NCBI RefSeq assembly: GCF_009914755.1
Contig: NC_060935.1
Reading direction: 5' to 3' (one strand)
Source of the DNA: the human T2T-CHM13v2.0 reference genome, Homo sapiens
DNA: 64,000 nt
The notes beneath the pieces are model-generated. The model saw only the letters and a program-made list of their open reading frames with translations. It did no database searches and had not been told where the DNA came from. Below are positions 1 through 13,443 of the stretch, piece by piece (the first letter of the stretch is position 1; each line of letters starts with the position of its first letter). The translations under genes and the position numbers were made by a program.

Positions 1-233
1 GCCAGTTTTTGACCATTAAGTATGATATTGGCTGTGGGTTTCTCATAAATAGCTCTCATTATTTTGAGATACTTTCCATCAATACCTAGTTTATTGAGAG
101 TTTTTAGCGTAAAGGGGTGTTGAATTTCATCGAAGGCCTTTTCTGCATCTATTGAGATAGTCATGTGGTTTTTGTCATTGGTTTTATTTATGTGATGGAT
201 TACATTTATTGATTTGCATATGTTGAACCAGCC
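1..233 (-). mobile_element. L1 ORF2 (RT region) fragment, inverted 5' arm of a twin-primed L1PA; continues beyond the left edge
   Basis: Reverse complement matches L1 ORF2 (aggctggttcaacat...gatgcagaaaaggcc...cccacagccaatatcatac) and abuts the forward L1 at ~234. Confidence 0.9.
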
Positions 234-1814
234 TTACAAGGGATGTGAGGGAACTCTTCAAGGAGAACTACAAACCACTGCTCAAACAAATAAGAGAGGA
301 CACAAATAGGAAAACATTCCATGCTCATGAATAAGAAGAATCAATACTGTGAAAATGGCCATACTGCCCAAAGTAATTTGTAGATTCAATGCTATCCCCA
401 TCAAGCTATAGTAACCAAAACAGCATGGTACTCATATCAAAACAAATATATATAGACCAATGGAACAGAACAGAGGCCTCAGAAATAACACCACAAATCT
501 GCAACCACCTGATGTTTGACAAACCTGACAAAAACAAGCAATGGGGAAAGGATCCCCTATTTAATAAATGGTGTTGGGAAAACTGGCTAGCCTTATGCAG
601 AAAACGAAAACTGGATCCTTTCCTTACACCTTTTACAAAAATTAATTCAAGATGGATTAAAGACTTAAAAGTAATACCTAAAACCATAAAAACTCTAGAA
701 GAAAACCTAGGCAATACCATTCAGGACATAGGCATGGGCAAAGACTTCATGACTAAAACACCAAAAGCAATGGCAACAAAAGACAAAATTGACAAATGGG
801 ATCTAATCAAACTAAAGACCTTCTGCACAGCAAAAGAAATTAGCATCAGAGTGAAAAGGCAACCTACAGAATGGGAGAAAAGTTTTGCAATCTATCCATC
901 TGACAAAGGACTAATATCGAGAATCTACAAGGAACTTAAACAAATTACAAGAAAAAAAAACAACCCCATGAAAAAGTGGGTGAAGGATATGAACAGACAT
1001 TTCGCAAAAGAAGACATTTATGCAGCCAACAAACATATGAAAAAAACTCATCGTCACTGGTCGTTAGGGTAATGCAAATCAAAACCACAATGAGATGCCA
1101 TCTCAGGCCAGTTAGAATGGTGATCATTAAAAAGTCAGGAAACAACAGAAGCTGGAGAGGATGTGGAGAAATAGGAACACTTTTACACTGTTGGTGGAAG
1201 TGTAAATTAGTTCAACCATTGTGGAAGACAGTGTGGCGATTCCTCAAGGATCTAGAACCAGAAATACCATTTAATCCAGCAATCCCATTACTGAGTATAT
1301 ACCCAAAAGATTATAAATCATCCTACTATAAAGACACATTCACACATATGTTGCAGCACTATTCACAATATCAAAGACTTGGAACCAATCCAAATGTCCA
1401 TCAGTGATAGACTGGATAAAGAAAATGTGGCACTTATACACCATGGAATACTATGCAGCCATAAAAAAGGATGAGTTCATGTCCTTTGCAGGCACATGGA
1501 TGAAGCTGGAAACCATCATTCTCAGCAAACTAACATAGGAACAGAAAACCAAACACTGCATGTTCTCGCTCATAAATGGGAGTTGAACAATGAGAACACA
1601 TAGACACAGGGAGGGGATCACCACACACTGGGGCCTGTCAGGGGATTGGGGTCTAGGGATGGATAGCATTAGGAGAAATACCTAATGTAGATGACAGGTT
1701 GATGGTTGCAGCAGACTACCATGGCATGTGTATACCTATGTAACAAACCTGCACATTCTGCACATGTATCCCAGAATTTAGAGTATAATAAAAAATAAAT
1801 ACATAAAAATAAAA
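234..1814 (+). mobile_element. L1PA7/8-like 3' portion (ORF2 C-terminus, 3'UTR, A-rich tail) with a ~140-bp internal deletion at ~408
   Basis: ORFs 389-1072 and 976-1407 give ORF2p motifs ([20 protein letters not shown]; [23 protein letters not shown]). 3'UTR gtagatgacaggttgatgg...gtatcccagaa, tail at ~1786-1814. Confidence 0.92.
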
Positions 1815-1963
1815 GCACATAAAATGAACAAAGGCCTGATTTTGGATGTTTACCATGAAATGAAGCATTGACAATATGCAAGGCCACTTTTTAACATAAT
1901 TTGTTAGAGTTTGACATTCTCCTGGAATACAAAGTAAATAATGATCTTTGGAATTATGCTATA

Positions 1964-2534
1964 CAATCTTGGCTTTTGTTGCCTTTGCTGTTGGTGCTTT
2001 AGTCATGAAGTCTTTGCCCATGCCTATGTCCTGAATGGTATTGCCTAGGTTTTCGTCTAGAGTTTTTATGGTTTTAGGTATTAGTTTAAGTCTTTAATCC
2101 ATCATGAATTAATTTCTGTAAAAGGTGTAAGGAAGGGATCCAGTTTTAGTTTTCTGCATAAGGCTAGCCAGTTTTCCCAATGCCATTTATTAAATAGGGA
2201 ATCCTCTCCCCATTGCTTGTTTTTGTCAGGTTTGTCAAAGATCAGGTGGTTGTAGGTTTGTGGTGTTATTTCTGAGGCCTCTATTCTGTTCCACTGGTCT
2301 ATATATTTGTTTTGATATGAGTACCACGCTGTTTTGGTTACTGTAGCCTTGTCGTATAGCTTAAAGTCAGGTGGCGTGATGCCTCCAGCGTTGTTCTTTT
2401 TGCTTAGGATTGTCTTGGCCCTACAGGCTCTTTTTTGGTTCCATATGAAATTTAAAGTAGTTTTTTTTCTAATTCTATGAATAAAGTCAATGGTAGCTTG
2501 ATGGGGATAGCATTAAATCTACAAATTACTGGCA
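1964..2534 (-). mobile_element. L1PA ORF2 fragment, inverted near-copy of 372-791
   Basis: Reverse complement aligns to 372-791 and retains the segment deleted in that copy. Confidence 0.9.
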
Positions 2535-2761
2535 AACTGTTACTTCATTTGGGGTTGAATATGAGAAAATTCAAGAAGCTTAGTTTAGAGGCTAATGTAG
2601 TAAGGAGTCCAGATGAGAAACAACAGTAACTTGAAAGAAAGTGATGAAAGCAAAGACTATACCATACATAGGCTGTTCAGTTTTAGGATGTTTTATTGCG
2701 TCTTTTTTCATAAGAAGTTTATATTAACTTCTTAGTGTCATGTCAGAGCACTGCTGGCTTT

Positions 2762-3140
2762 TGTTATAGGCCAAACTGTGTCTTATAGAAAATTCCTATG
2801 TTGTAATCCTAACCCCAAGTACCTCAGAATGTGACTGTGTTTGTATACAAGGTCTTTAAAAAGGAAACTAAGGCAAAAAAATCATATGGGTGGTCCCTAA
2901 TCTAGCTGAATGGGGTCCTTATAGGAAGAGATTAAGAAATAGACATGCACATTATCGTGTGAAGATGCAAGGAGAAGATGGCATCTACAAGCCAAGGAGA
3001 CAGATCCTCAGAAGGAACACAGCCTATTGAGACCTTGTTCTTGGACTTCCAGCCTCTAAACTATAAGGAAATACATTTCTGTTGTTTACGAACCACTGAG
3101 TCTATTGGTTTGTTGTTATAGTATCTCAAGCTAACTAATA
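2762..3140 (+). mobile_element. MaLR solo LTR (MLT1A-like)
   Basis: tg start; ccccaagtacctcagaatgtgactgt, ttggacttccagcctc, ends ctaactaatata. Confidence 0.8.
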
Positions 3141-3239
3141 TAGTCCTCTGCAGCTGACCAAAACTTTCAGTCACAAAAAGTACCCAAATCCTTAGGCTAC
3201 ATGAAATTAATTTTATTGTCATAGAGATCATAATACTTG

Positions 3240-3360
3240 GAAAGGGCATTGGCCTTTGCCATATATAGACTGAGTTTGATTCCTGTATCCACAATTTCCT
3301 AGATACATGACCTTAGACAAGTTATTTAAATGTCTCTGAGCTTCAGTTTCTTTAATCATA
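3240..3360 (+). mobile_element. MIR relic
   Basis: Core-like tgaccttagacaagttatttaaatgtctctgagcttcagtttc. Confidence 0.6.
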
Positions 3361-3534
3361 TCAGATATAGTAGGCCAATCACCAGACCAAAGTCTGGCAC
3401 AGGATAGACACTCAACAAAATTTAGTTTCTGTCTTAGCTCTCATAATTTCTTCTTCTCAGTAGGCAATCATAAAGAGCTCTTATGAGAATGGCTCTGAAA
3501 TTAGATGAAATTTGAACTTCACTTGAATTAATCA

Positions 3535-3715
3535 AAGCTGATTTCAAATCCCGGCTCTGACATCTACTAGTTTGGATGTTTGAGCAAGTTATTAATCTTT
3601 CTAAGTCTTTTTTTTCTCATCTATAACATTTTCATAAGGTGGTTATGAGGATTAAATGCGATTTTGCATGGAAAGTGCTTATATCAGAGCCTGACATATA
3701 AATAAGGCTAGAGTA
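3535..3715 (+). mobile_element. MIR relic
   Basis: ttcaaatcccggctctg...gagcaagttattaatc...gaggattaaatg...aaagtgctta. Confidence 0.7.
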
Positions 3716-6159
3716 GTATTTTTTAATATTAATTACACACATTTTTATGAGTTCTTATTTTGCTACTAACTTCTTAGTTGTTGGTGTTTGTCACAACTAT
3801 GACACATTCCTGAATGAAAACCATCTATTCTCCATGTTTCACTAATACCTATGGCTCCTAACTTATATTCTCAGTTAGATACCTGGCAAATGTTAATTCA
3901 ACTATTGCCAAGCATTCTTTCTAGAAATTTAAAACTAAAACTGCTCATTAGATATGCACTGAGTATTCAGTAGTTTTTCCAAAGTAACAGCGTCTTAGTA
4001 CTTCTTAAAAACATGGTCCTTGTCTCTATTGCCTATGTGGGCACCTCACAAAGCAAATTGGAACAGATATAACCCCTGTAATCAGGGATCTTAATAGCTA
4101 AAGCACCTTGATTGGATTCCCCTAGTGTTTTAACAAAATCACTTATGGTCTAATTCTCCTGTCCTCATTTTGCTGCTGATGAAATCCCACGATAGTACCA
4201 AAGTATTGGCTTTTTTCAACTCTGCTGCACTAATGTCTGCTGTTTTCCTTCCACACTAATCCTTTAATCATACCTTTGAGATACCAGAATGTAAAAACCA
4301 CTTGGGATTACCTAACACACAGGAATAGCAAGTTTTGCTCTGAAGCAGATGGAAGCAGCCAATGTGGCTCCTTTTTTTCCTTTAATCTCAAGATATCTGT
4401 AATTCTGCCCAAGCCTCCAGGGGACACTTCTGGCTAAGAAAAATCCTGGAAATGGAAGTCCTATCTATTCCTATTTCACTGAAAGGGTGAATCACTTTTA
4501 GAAACATTTCAAGGACTCAGGATTACACTGGGTCATGAGTTTATGAAATTGTGTAGGTAGCTATGGAAAAAAGGAAATAATCATGGATGTGCTTTAATTT
4601 TAATTAAAAACTCATTATTATTGATACAAAAAATGGTACCTGTCCAGTTTCCAAGAACTCCAGCAATGCAATGACTGTTCATAATCCCTTTTCCTGGAAA
4701 TAGATCCCTGTTTCTCTGTTTATTTGATGTGTGTACATGATCCACTTTACTTAATAAATTGTAAGGCATAAATTTTTAAAAGTGTTATAATAATTTATAT
4801 TAATAAAGTATAATTTTATTTTAGATTTATAACTCTTCAACCCCCAACCTCAGTTATTGGCTTAAAGGACTGAGATGTTACCTAAACTGCTCATCGGGCC
4901 TTTTGCTTATGTTTTTCAAACTCAAGCTAATAGAGAATCACTTTATTCCTTGAAAAATATTTTTATTCTCTTCAAAAATGTGAGCCAACAGCAGTCATTA
5001 GTCATGGTTCCAACCTCATGAAGAAATGAAAAGAGAGAACAATGCCTCTATAAAAAAGAGGGGAAATTAATAGGTGTAAGGAGGTAAATCTGTCAGTATA
5101 AAATCCCTGGTTATATTTTTTTAGTGGCCCCTACTATATCCCTGTTTTTTCACAATTACATAAACAAGTAGATTCTTTTTGCTTGATTTTAATTTCCATA
5201 ACTTACAGTGATAGCATCCTGTCTTTCTAATAGAAGTAAGAAAAAATATAAGGGAAGAAATAATTCTAGGGAGAGGTTAGAACTTTAGTTAGGCCACAAA
5301 GAACGGGTAGAAAAGAAGAAATACTTCACTATATGAGAGGATATTCTAGATATGGGACAGAGCTTTATAGGGAGTGGAGTGACAGATATGGACATAAAGT
5401 ATGTTTTTGGTTGTCATTAGATTTTTCTGAATCATAGGGCCCATATGGGTGAACAATGGGAGAAAGCACTAAAATAAAGAGAAGTCCCCAAGACAGACAG
5501 AGTTGCAACCTAGTAATACACTAGGCAATGCAGATAGTTTATGTCTCAAGCATGAAAGTTATAGAATGAAAATAATATTTAAAAATATTTTTCTGGCAAA
5601 GGTTCATAAGGGTGACTGGAGGCAAAAATGGTGTGTGAGAGAGATCCATTGAGAAGCTACTGAAAAAAATCCAATTGTGACATGACAAGAACTTTAAATA
5701 GGTCACAGACAACAGAAAGCAAAGAAAGAGTTAATCATAAAGCCACTTCTACAAAGAAATCATGGTGTTTGGTACCATATTTTGTCTAGGGCTAAGTAAT
5801 GCATAAAAAGAAAGAATTAAGAATGATTTCATAGTTTGTAGTCTGATAGACCAACTAACAGATAGGATAGCCAGGCAGTAGAAGCTGATGTTTGAAAGGG
5901 AATCTTGTGTTCCATTGTGGACACATGGATTACCACAAGGAATCTACAAAACGACATTTTGGACTCAAAAATTAACCTAATAATGGAGCTCTCATGAGAG
6001 GTCTGGGCAGTGGGGGATATGGGTGTACGTGTAAAAATGAGAGGTAAAGCCAAGAAACTGAGTGAAGAGAAAGAACAGAGAGCTTACGCCAGAGCTTTTG
6101 CTCAGAATTAAATAAACGATTAAAGGGAAGAAAGGTTGTTTGAAAATAATAATAATAAT

Positions 6160-6325
6160 AGATTGAATACTCCCACTCAATACAAAGAAATGCTAAATGT
6201 TTGGATGGTGGATATGCTAAATTAGTGTGATGTGACCACTGTACATTATATGTATGAAAACACCACTATGTACTCCATGAATACGTACAATTATTATTGT
6301 CAGTTAAAAATAAAATTTAAAAATG
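6160..6325 (+). mobile_element. L1MA-type 3' end
   Basis: aaagaaatgctaaatgtttggatggtggatatgctaa...tatgtactccatgaatacgtacaatt...aaaaataaaa. Confidence 0.75.
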
Positions 6326-6349
6326 TTGAAAAAATGTATCAATGACATC

Positions 6350-6580
6350 TAACATTATTGAGAGTTAGAGTTGGGTAAGCTTTTATGCACATAATCTCAA
6401 TGAATGTTCAAAACAACCCAGTGAGACTGGAATGAAATATTATCCTCATTTCCCAGATGAAGAAACTACAGCAGAGAGATTAAACAACTTACTCAAGGTC
6501 AAATAACTATTAAAGGGACACAGAATAAGAACTTAAAATCAGTTCTAATATCAAAGCTTAGGTATTTATACACAAGCCTG
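6350..6580 (-). mobile_element. MIR
   Basis: aacaacccagtgag...atcctcatttcccagatgaagaaact...aacttactcaaggtca. Confidence 0.75.
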
Positions 6581-7744
6581 TTCAACCTACTGCAGGAAAG
6601 AAAAGAGGTCACTGGAAATAGAGGAGACCTACATGCATCTAAGAAAGATGATGATTCCAGAATGGAAAGGTGCCCTATAGTGTTAAATGCCATAATGCAA
6701 ATAAAGATAACTAGGACTGAAAGAAGGCAGCAAGACATGGTGGTTAGTAACCTGTAGCAGCACTGTCTTAGTGAAGCAGTAGAGCATAAATCAGACTTGA
6801 GTGCAAAGTTTGGATGAAGAATAGGAGGTAAAAAGAGTATTTATGGAATGCAAATTCTAGTATATGGAAATGAAAGAAAGGAGAGAATCCATCTAAGCCA
6901 GGTAAATCCACATTAGCAAGGAAGACCCTAGCATATTAAGGAAGTTTTTATTCATGTAATATTTTCATTCTTCAGAGTTATTTAAAATACTGTGTGTACT
7001 GAAAAGGAATTTATAGGTGTTGAACAAATTGCTGTAATTTCAAACTACATAACTTATTAAAGTTATTTACTAGACTCTTAAATATCTTGTAATCCCATAA
7101 CAAAAAGGAGATAATAGGTTAGAAATAATTATACCCTATAAACAGATGAAAAAAAAAGTTCAATAGAATTCATTAACATACTGAAGGTCACAAAATTAAT
7201 AAATGTTAGGAAAAAAAACAGGCTGCTGAATTTTATCAAGTACTGTTTCCATTATATCACACAGAAACCTGTAAATCTAATTATCATTCAACTAACAGAA
7301 AAACCTACATTTTTAGTGAGAAACAAAATGAGATGGACAGAGAGGAACAAATTAACATTATTAAGCATTGTTAAGGTATTCCTGGAAATTTTTGTGAGAC
7401 TAATGAAAGCTACATGTTTCAGAAGATATCATATTATCATAAATGCACAGAGTAATGAAATATAAAATTAATCACCAAGGAAGAAGCATATTAAGATGCA
7501 GGAAACAAGGCACTAACACAGTGTAATAAGATAAATTCAATCATCTAAAAATTATAATACAAAGAAGTGATGCAAATTAGTAATCATTTAAATTTTACAT
7601 TTTATTAAAGTGAGCCTTCTAAAAGATAAATTCATTATAACTTAAGGTGAGGCTGCAATTATTTCTCCTTCAAGACCTTTATATTTTTATATATTAGCTA
7701 TTATTATTAAGAGATAGGCAATATTTAAAAATATATAAATTGTG

Positions 7745-9960
7745 AGGGAGGCAGAAGAAGATGGCAAATAGAAAGCTACAAAGATCTTCCCTCTCCCACT
7801 GCAAGGAAGGGATGAAAAATATATTTCACACAAATAGAAACTAGAATAAGAGATTTTAATAAACAGACCTGAATCACTGACACCACCCCTTCCTCACCCT
7901 GGCAGTGACAGAGAGCATCTCTGGGAATTTAGAGAGGGAAAACACAGCAATTGTGAGGTATTGAATAAAAAACAAGGAATCAAAGCATATTACTAGAAAA
8001 AATCACTTAATCACAAAGAACAAATGTAAAAGAAGAAATGAAAAAAGGATCAACAAATCAACTGGAAAACAAGTAACAAAATGACAGTAGTAACCCCTTA
8101 CCTATCATTTACCTTATATGTAAATGAAATTCTTCAATCAAAATAAAACAGAAAGGCTGAATGAATTAAAAAAAAAAAGACCCAACTATATGCTGCATAC
8201 AAGAAACTCATTTCATCTATAAAGATACACGAAGACTGAAAGTGAAGTAAGGAATGAAAAAGATATTCCACACAAATGGAAACTAAAATAAAGCAGGAGT
8301 AGCTATACTTACATTAGGCAAAATAGAGCTTAAGCCAAAAACTGTAGAAAGATAAAGACACTCACAATGATAAAAGAGTCAATAGAGCAACAGGATATAA
8401 CAAATATAAATATACATGCACTCAACATAGGAGTGCCTAAATATATAAAGAAAACATTAATAGACTTAAAGAAAGAGATTGCACTGCAGTACAATAATAG
8501 CGGTGGGTTTCAACACCCCACTTTTAGCAATAGACAGATCATCCAGATATAGTGAAATATAGTTTATTTACATAGTTAAGCCACACTGTAGACCAAATAA
8601 ACCTAATAAATGTTTACAGAAATATTCACGTAACAGCCTCAGAATATGTATTTTTCTCAGCAGCACATGGAACATTCTCCAGGATAGACCATATGTGAAG
8701 TAAAAAAAATAGTCTTATCACATTTAAAAATGTTAAAATTATATCAGATAACTTTTCTAACCAAAATATAATAAAACTAGGAATCAATAACATGAAGAAC
8801 CTTGGGAAATGTACAAATAAATGAAAATTAAACAACATGCTCCTGGGCAACTAATGAGTAATGAAGAAATTGTGAAGAAACATTTTTGAAGAATATTGAT
8901 ACAAATGAAAATGGAAACCCAACATACCAAATCCTATGGGATGTTGAAAAAGAAGTTACAATAGGAAAGTTTATAGCAAAAACACTTATATCAGAAATGT
9001 AGAAAGATTCCAAAGAAATAAGCAAAAGTTGCATTTCTAAAACCTAGAAAAATGAGAACAAAATAAACCCCAAACTAGTAACAGAGTGAAGAAATAATAA
9101 AGATCAGAGCATAAACAGAACATAGACTAAAAATAAACATACCACAGAAATACAAAGGATCATTACAGACTCTTATAAACAACTATACCCCTAACAAATT
9201 AGAAAACCTAGAATAAATGGATAAATTTATGGATATGTACAACCTACCAAGATTGAATAATGAAGACACAGAAAAACTGAACACCTGAACAGACCAGTAA
9301 TGAGCAATGATATTGATTCAGAAAGGAAAGTTCAACACTGGATATATTCACTGCCAAATAATTCTATCAAGCTTTTAAAGAAAGAAATAATACCAATCTT
9401 TCTGAGATGATTTAAAAAAAAAAGGAAGTACAAGGAATCCTTGTAAATTCATGCTTGCATGGTATTTGCATAAAAAACAGACATATAGATCAATGGAACA
9501 GAATAGAGAACCCAGAAATAAATCCATGCATTTCCAGCCAATTGCTTTTTGACAAAGTATCAGAACACACATTAGGGAAGGGACAGTCTCCTTAATAAAG
9601 GGTGATGATAAAACTGGATACTCATATGTTGAAGAATGACACTATAACCGTATCTCTTATCACTTACAAAAATCAACTCAAATTGGATTAAAGACTTAAA
9701 TGTAAGACCTGAAACTATGAGATACTAGAAGAAAACACAGGAAAAAAATGCTTTATGACGTGGATCTGAACAAAGGTTTTTGCAATAAAACCTGAAAAGC
9801 AGAGGCAACAAAATAAAAAGTAAACAAATAAGAGAATTATATCAAACTAAAAAGCTTCTGCACAGCAAAGGAAAAAATCAAGAGTGAAGAGACAACCTGC
9901 AGAATGGGAGAATATATTTGCAAACTATGCACCTGAAAAGGGGTTAATATTAAGAATATA
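7745..9960 (+). mobile_element. Internally deleted L1M: 5'UTR piece fused to the inter-ORF/ORF2 region; ORF1 and most of RT missing
   Basis: 5' end gggaggcagaagaagatggc. ORF2 start atgacagtagtaacccc at 8081. EN-domain ORF 8367-8552 (SIEQQDITNINIHALN). Jump from pre-RT to late ORF2 at ~9452. Confidence 0.85.
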
Positions 9961-12077
9961 TAGGCATACAAGGGAAATATTGCTGTTTTGATTTCAGACC
10001 ATTACAATAAAGCAAATATCACAGTAAAGTGAGTCACAAAATTTTTTGCTTTTCCAGTGCATATAAAAGTTATAATACCACACTGTAGTTTATGAAGTGT
10101 GCTATAACATTAGGTTTAAAAAATGGACATACTTTAATTTTAAAATATGCTGAAACATGCTAATGAATATCTGTGCCTTCAGCAAGGCATAATGTTTTTG
10201 CTGATAGAGGATCTTGTCTTGATACTGATGGCTACTGATTGATCAGGGCGGTGGCTGCTGAATGTTTGGGTGGCTGTGGCAATTTCTTAAAATAACAATG
10301 AAGTCTGCCACATGAATTGACTGTTTTTTTTTTTTCATGAAAGATTTCTTGGTAGCATATAATGCTGTTGGATAACATTGTGCCCACAGTAGAACTGCTT
10401 TTAAAATTGGAGTCAATACACTAAAACCCTGCTGCTGCTTTATTAACTAGATTTAGGTAATTTTCTAAATCATTCTCATTTCATCAAGGCTCACAGCATC
10501 TTTGCTGTAGCAGATTCCATCTCAAAAAAGCACATTCTTTGCTTATCTATTAGAAGCAACTTCTCATCCACTCAAGTTTTACCATAAGATTGTATAAATT
10601 CACATTGTGAGGCTCACCTTCTAACTCTGGTTCTCTTACTCTTCTACCACATCTGTAGTTAATTCTTCTACTTGAAGTCTTGAACCCCTCAAAATCATCC
10701 ATGAGGGTTGGAATCAACTTTTTCCAAATTCCTGTTAATATTGATATTCTGACCCACTCCCATGAATCACTAATGTTATTAATGGTAATTAAAATGTTGA
10801 ATCCTTTCCCAGAGATTTTCAATTTACTTTGCATAGATTAATCTGAAGAATCACAATCTCTGGCAGCTATAGCATTATGAAATATATTTCTGAAGTAATA
10901 AGAATTGAAATCCAAAATTTCTCCCTGATCCATGAGCTTCAGGATAGATGTTGTCTTAGCAGGCATGAAAACAACATTAATCTCCTTATAATTTTTCATC
11001 AGAGCTCTTGGGTGCATTGTCATAAAGCAGTAATATTTTGAAAGGAAGCTTTTCTTCTTAAGAGTAGTTCTTAACTGTGGGCTTAAAATATTCAGCAGAG
11101 CATTCTATAAACAGATATGCTGTCATCCAGGCTTTGCTGTTCCATTTTTAGAGCACAGGCAGAGTAGATTTAGCATAGCTCTTAAGGGCCTTGGGGTTTT
11201 TGGAACAATAAAAGAACACTGGCTTCAACTTAAGGTCACCAGCCGCATTATCTCTAACAAGAGAGTCAGCCGTCCTTTGAAGCCTTGAAGCAGGCACTCA
11301 CCTCTCCTCTCTAGGATGGAAGTCTTAGATAGCATCTTCTTCCAATACAAGTCTGCTTTGTCTACATTGAAACTGTATTGTTTCGTGTAACCACCTTTAT
11401 CAATTATCTTATATCTGGATGACTTGCTGCAACCTCTACAATAGTATTTGCTACTTTACCTTGCACTTTTAGGTTATAGAGATGGCTACTTTCCTTACAC
11501 TCCATTAACCAAACTCTGCTAGCTGCAATCTTTCCTTCTGAAGCTTCCTCACCATTCTCAGCCTTGAGCCAGTTGAAAAGATTCAAGGCCTTGCTATTAA
11601 TTAGACTTTGGCTTAAGTGAATGTGGTGGCTGGTTTGATCCAGGCCACTAAAACTTTCTCTGTATCTGCAATAAGGCTATATCAGATTCTTATAATTTGT
11701 GTGTTCACTGGAGTAGCATTTTTAAATTTTTCTTCAAAAATTTTTTATTTGCATTCACAACTTGACTAAGTGGCACAAAAGGCCTAGACTGGTTAGTGTA
11801 TCGGGGCTTTTGACACACCTTCCTCATTAAGCTTAATCATTTCTAGCTTTCATTTAAAGTGAGAGGCATGTGACTCTTTCTTCCAGTTGAAAATTTAGAG
11901 GCCATTGTAGATGATTAATTGGCCTAACTTCAATATTGTTCTGTCTCTGACAACAGGGAAGCCCCAAGGAGCAGGACACAAAAGGGAGAGTGGCCCATTG
12001 GTGGAGCAGTCAGAACACAAACGTTTATTGATTAAGTTCACCAACATAGATAGGCATGATTTGGGATTCCCTAAACA
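9961..12077 (-). mobile_element. Tigger1 (TcMar-pogo) DNA transposon with decayed transposase; only one terminus present
   Basis: TIR (c/t)aggcatac after TA at 9961. Minus-strand frames 10838-11023 ([27 protein letters not shown]) and 11404-11586 match Tigger1 transposase. Confidence 0.92.
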
Positions 12078-12499
12078 CAGATAAAAAATGTGGTATATAA
12101 ACACAATGGAGTACTACTCAGCCATAAAAAAAGAATGAAATGGTGTTATTTGTGACAGCATGGATGAAACTGGAAGACATTATGTTAAGTTAAAGAAGTC
12201 ACGCACCTAAGGCCTAATAATGCATGATACCAATCATAATTGGAATCTTAACAAGTTGAGCTCATTGAAGTAGAGAGTAGGATAGTGGTTACCAGATGCT
12301 GGAAAGAGTAGCAGGGAAGAGGGGAGGGGAGAAGTCAGTCAAATGGAACAAAATTACAGTTAGATAGGAGGAATGAGTTCTGGTGTTTTATTGCACAGTA
12401 GTGTGACTATAGCCAAGAATAAGGTATTATATACTTCAAAGTAGCAAGAAGAGATGATTTTGACAAGTATTTGAGGTGAATAATATGCTAATTACCCTG
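12078..12499 (+). mobile_element. L1MA-type 3'UTR, probable continuation of the L1 at 7745-9960
   Basis: aaaatgtggtatataaacacaatggagtactactcagcc...agttagataggaggaatgagttctggtg. Confidence 0.85.
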
Positions 12500-12771
12500 G
12501 TAAATTAGCACATGAAAATATTTCCATCATTAGACATTAGAAGAATGCAAATTAGAAACAATTAGATAATTTCACACAAGTATTAGAAAGACTACAGTGA
12601 AAAAAAGAAACTAAATGCTGGCAAAGATGTGAAGCAAGGGCGACTCATACATTATTGGTGAGAATATGAAATGGTATAGATATTTGGGGAAGAGAAATAT
12701 TTATCTTTTTCATTAAGCAGTTTATTATTATTATTATTAAGGCAGTTTATCATTAAGAAATATAACATATC

Positions 12772-13256
<485 letters not shown>

Positions 13257-13443
13257 GAAGGAAAGAAAGAGAAGGAAAGTAAAATATACCATATGACTCA
13301 GCAATCTTATTGTAATCATCCAAGAGAAATAGCAATTTATGTTCACAGAAAATCTACACAAGGTTTATTTATTTACTCCAGGTATATAAAATTGCCAAAT
13401 TTGGAAAAAGCAAAAAAGCACAGATGTTCTTCGATAGGTGAAT

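Larger units (their letters stand above)
5450..6900 (-). mobile_element. Degenerate L2 fragments interrupted by an L1 3' end and a MIR; boundaries approximate
   Basis: Purine-rich L2-antisense-like tracts (gagaggtctgggc, gtcaaataagat-like motifs). Confidence 0.45.

Noticed and set aside
389-1407. 227-aa and 143-aa ORFs as a functional gene
   Set aside because: Frameshifted L1 ORF2 C-terminal relics; the start is created by a deletion, and EN/RT are not intact.
12484-12510. Small hairpin tgctaatt...aattagca at the junction of two L1 fragments
   Set aside because: The arms are short and each is explainable by its own L1 sequence; chance is likely.
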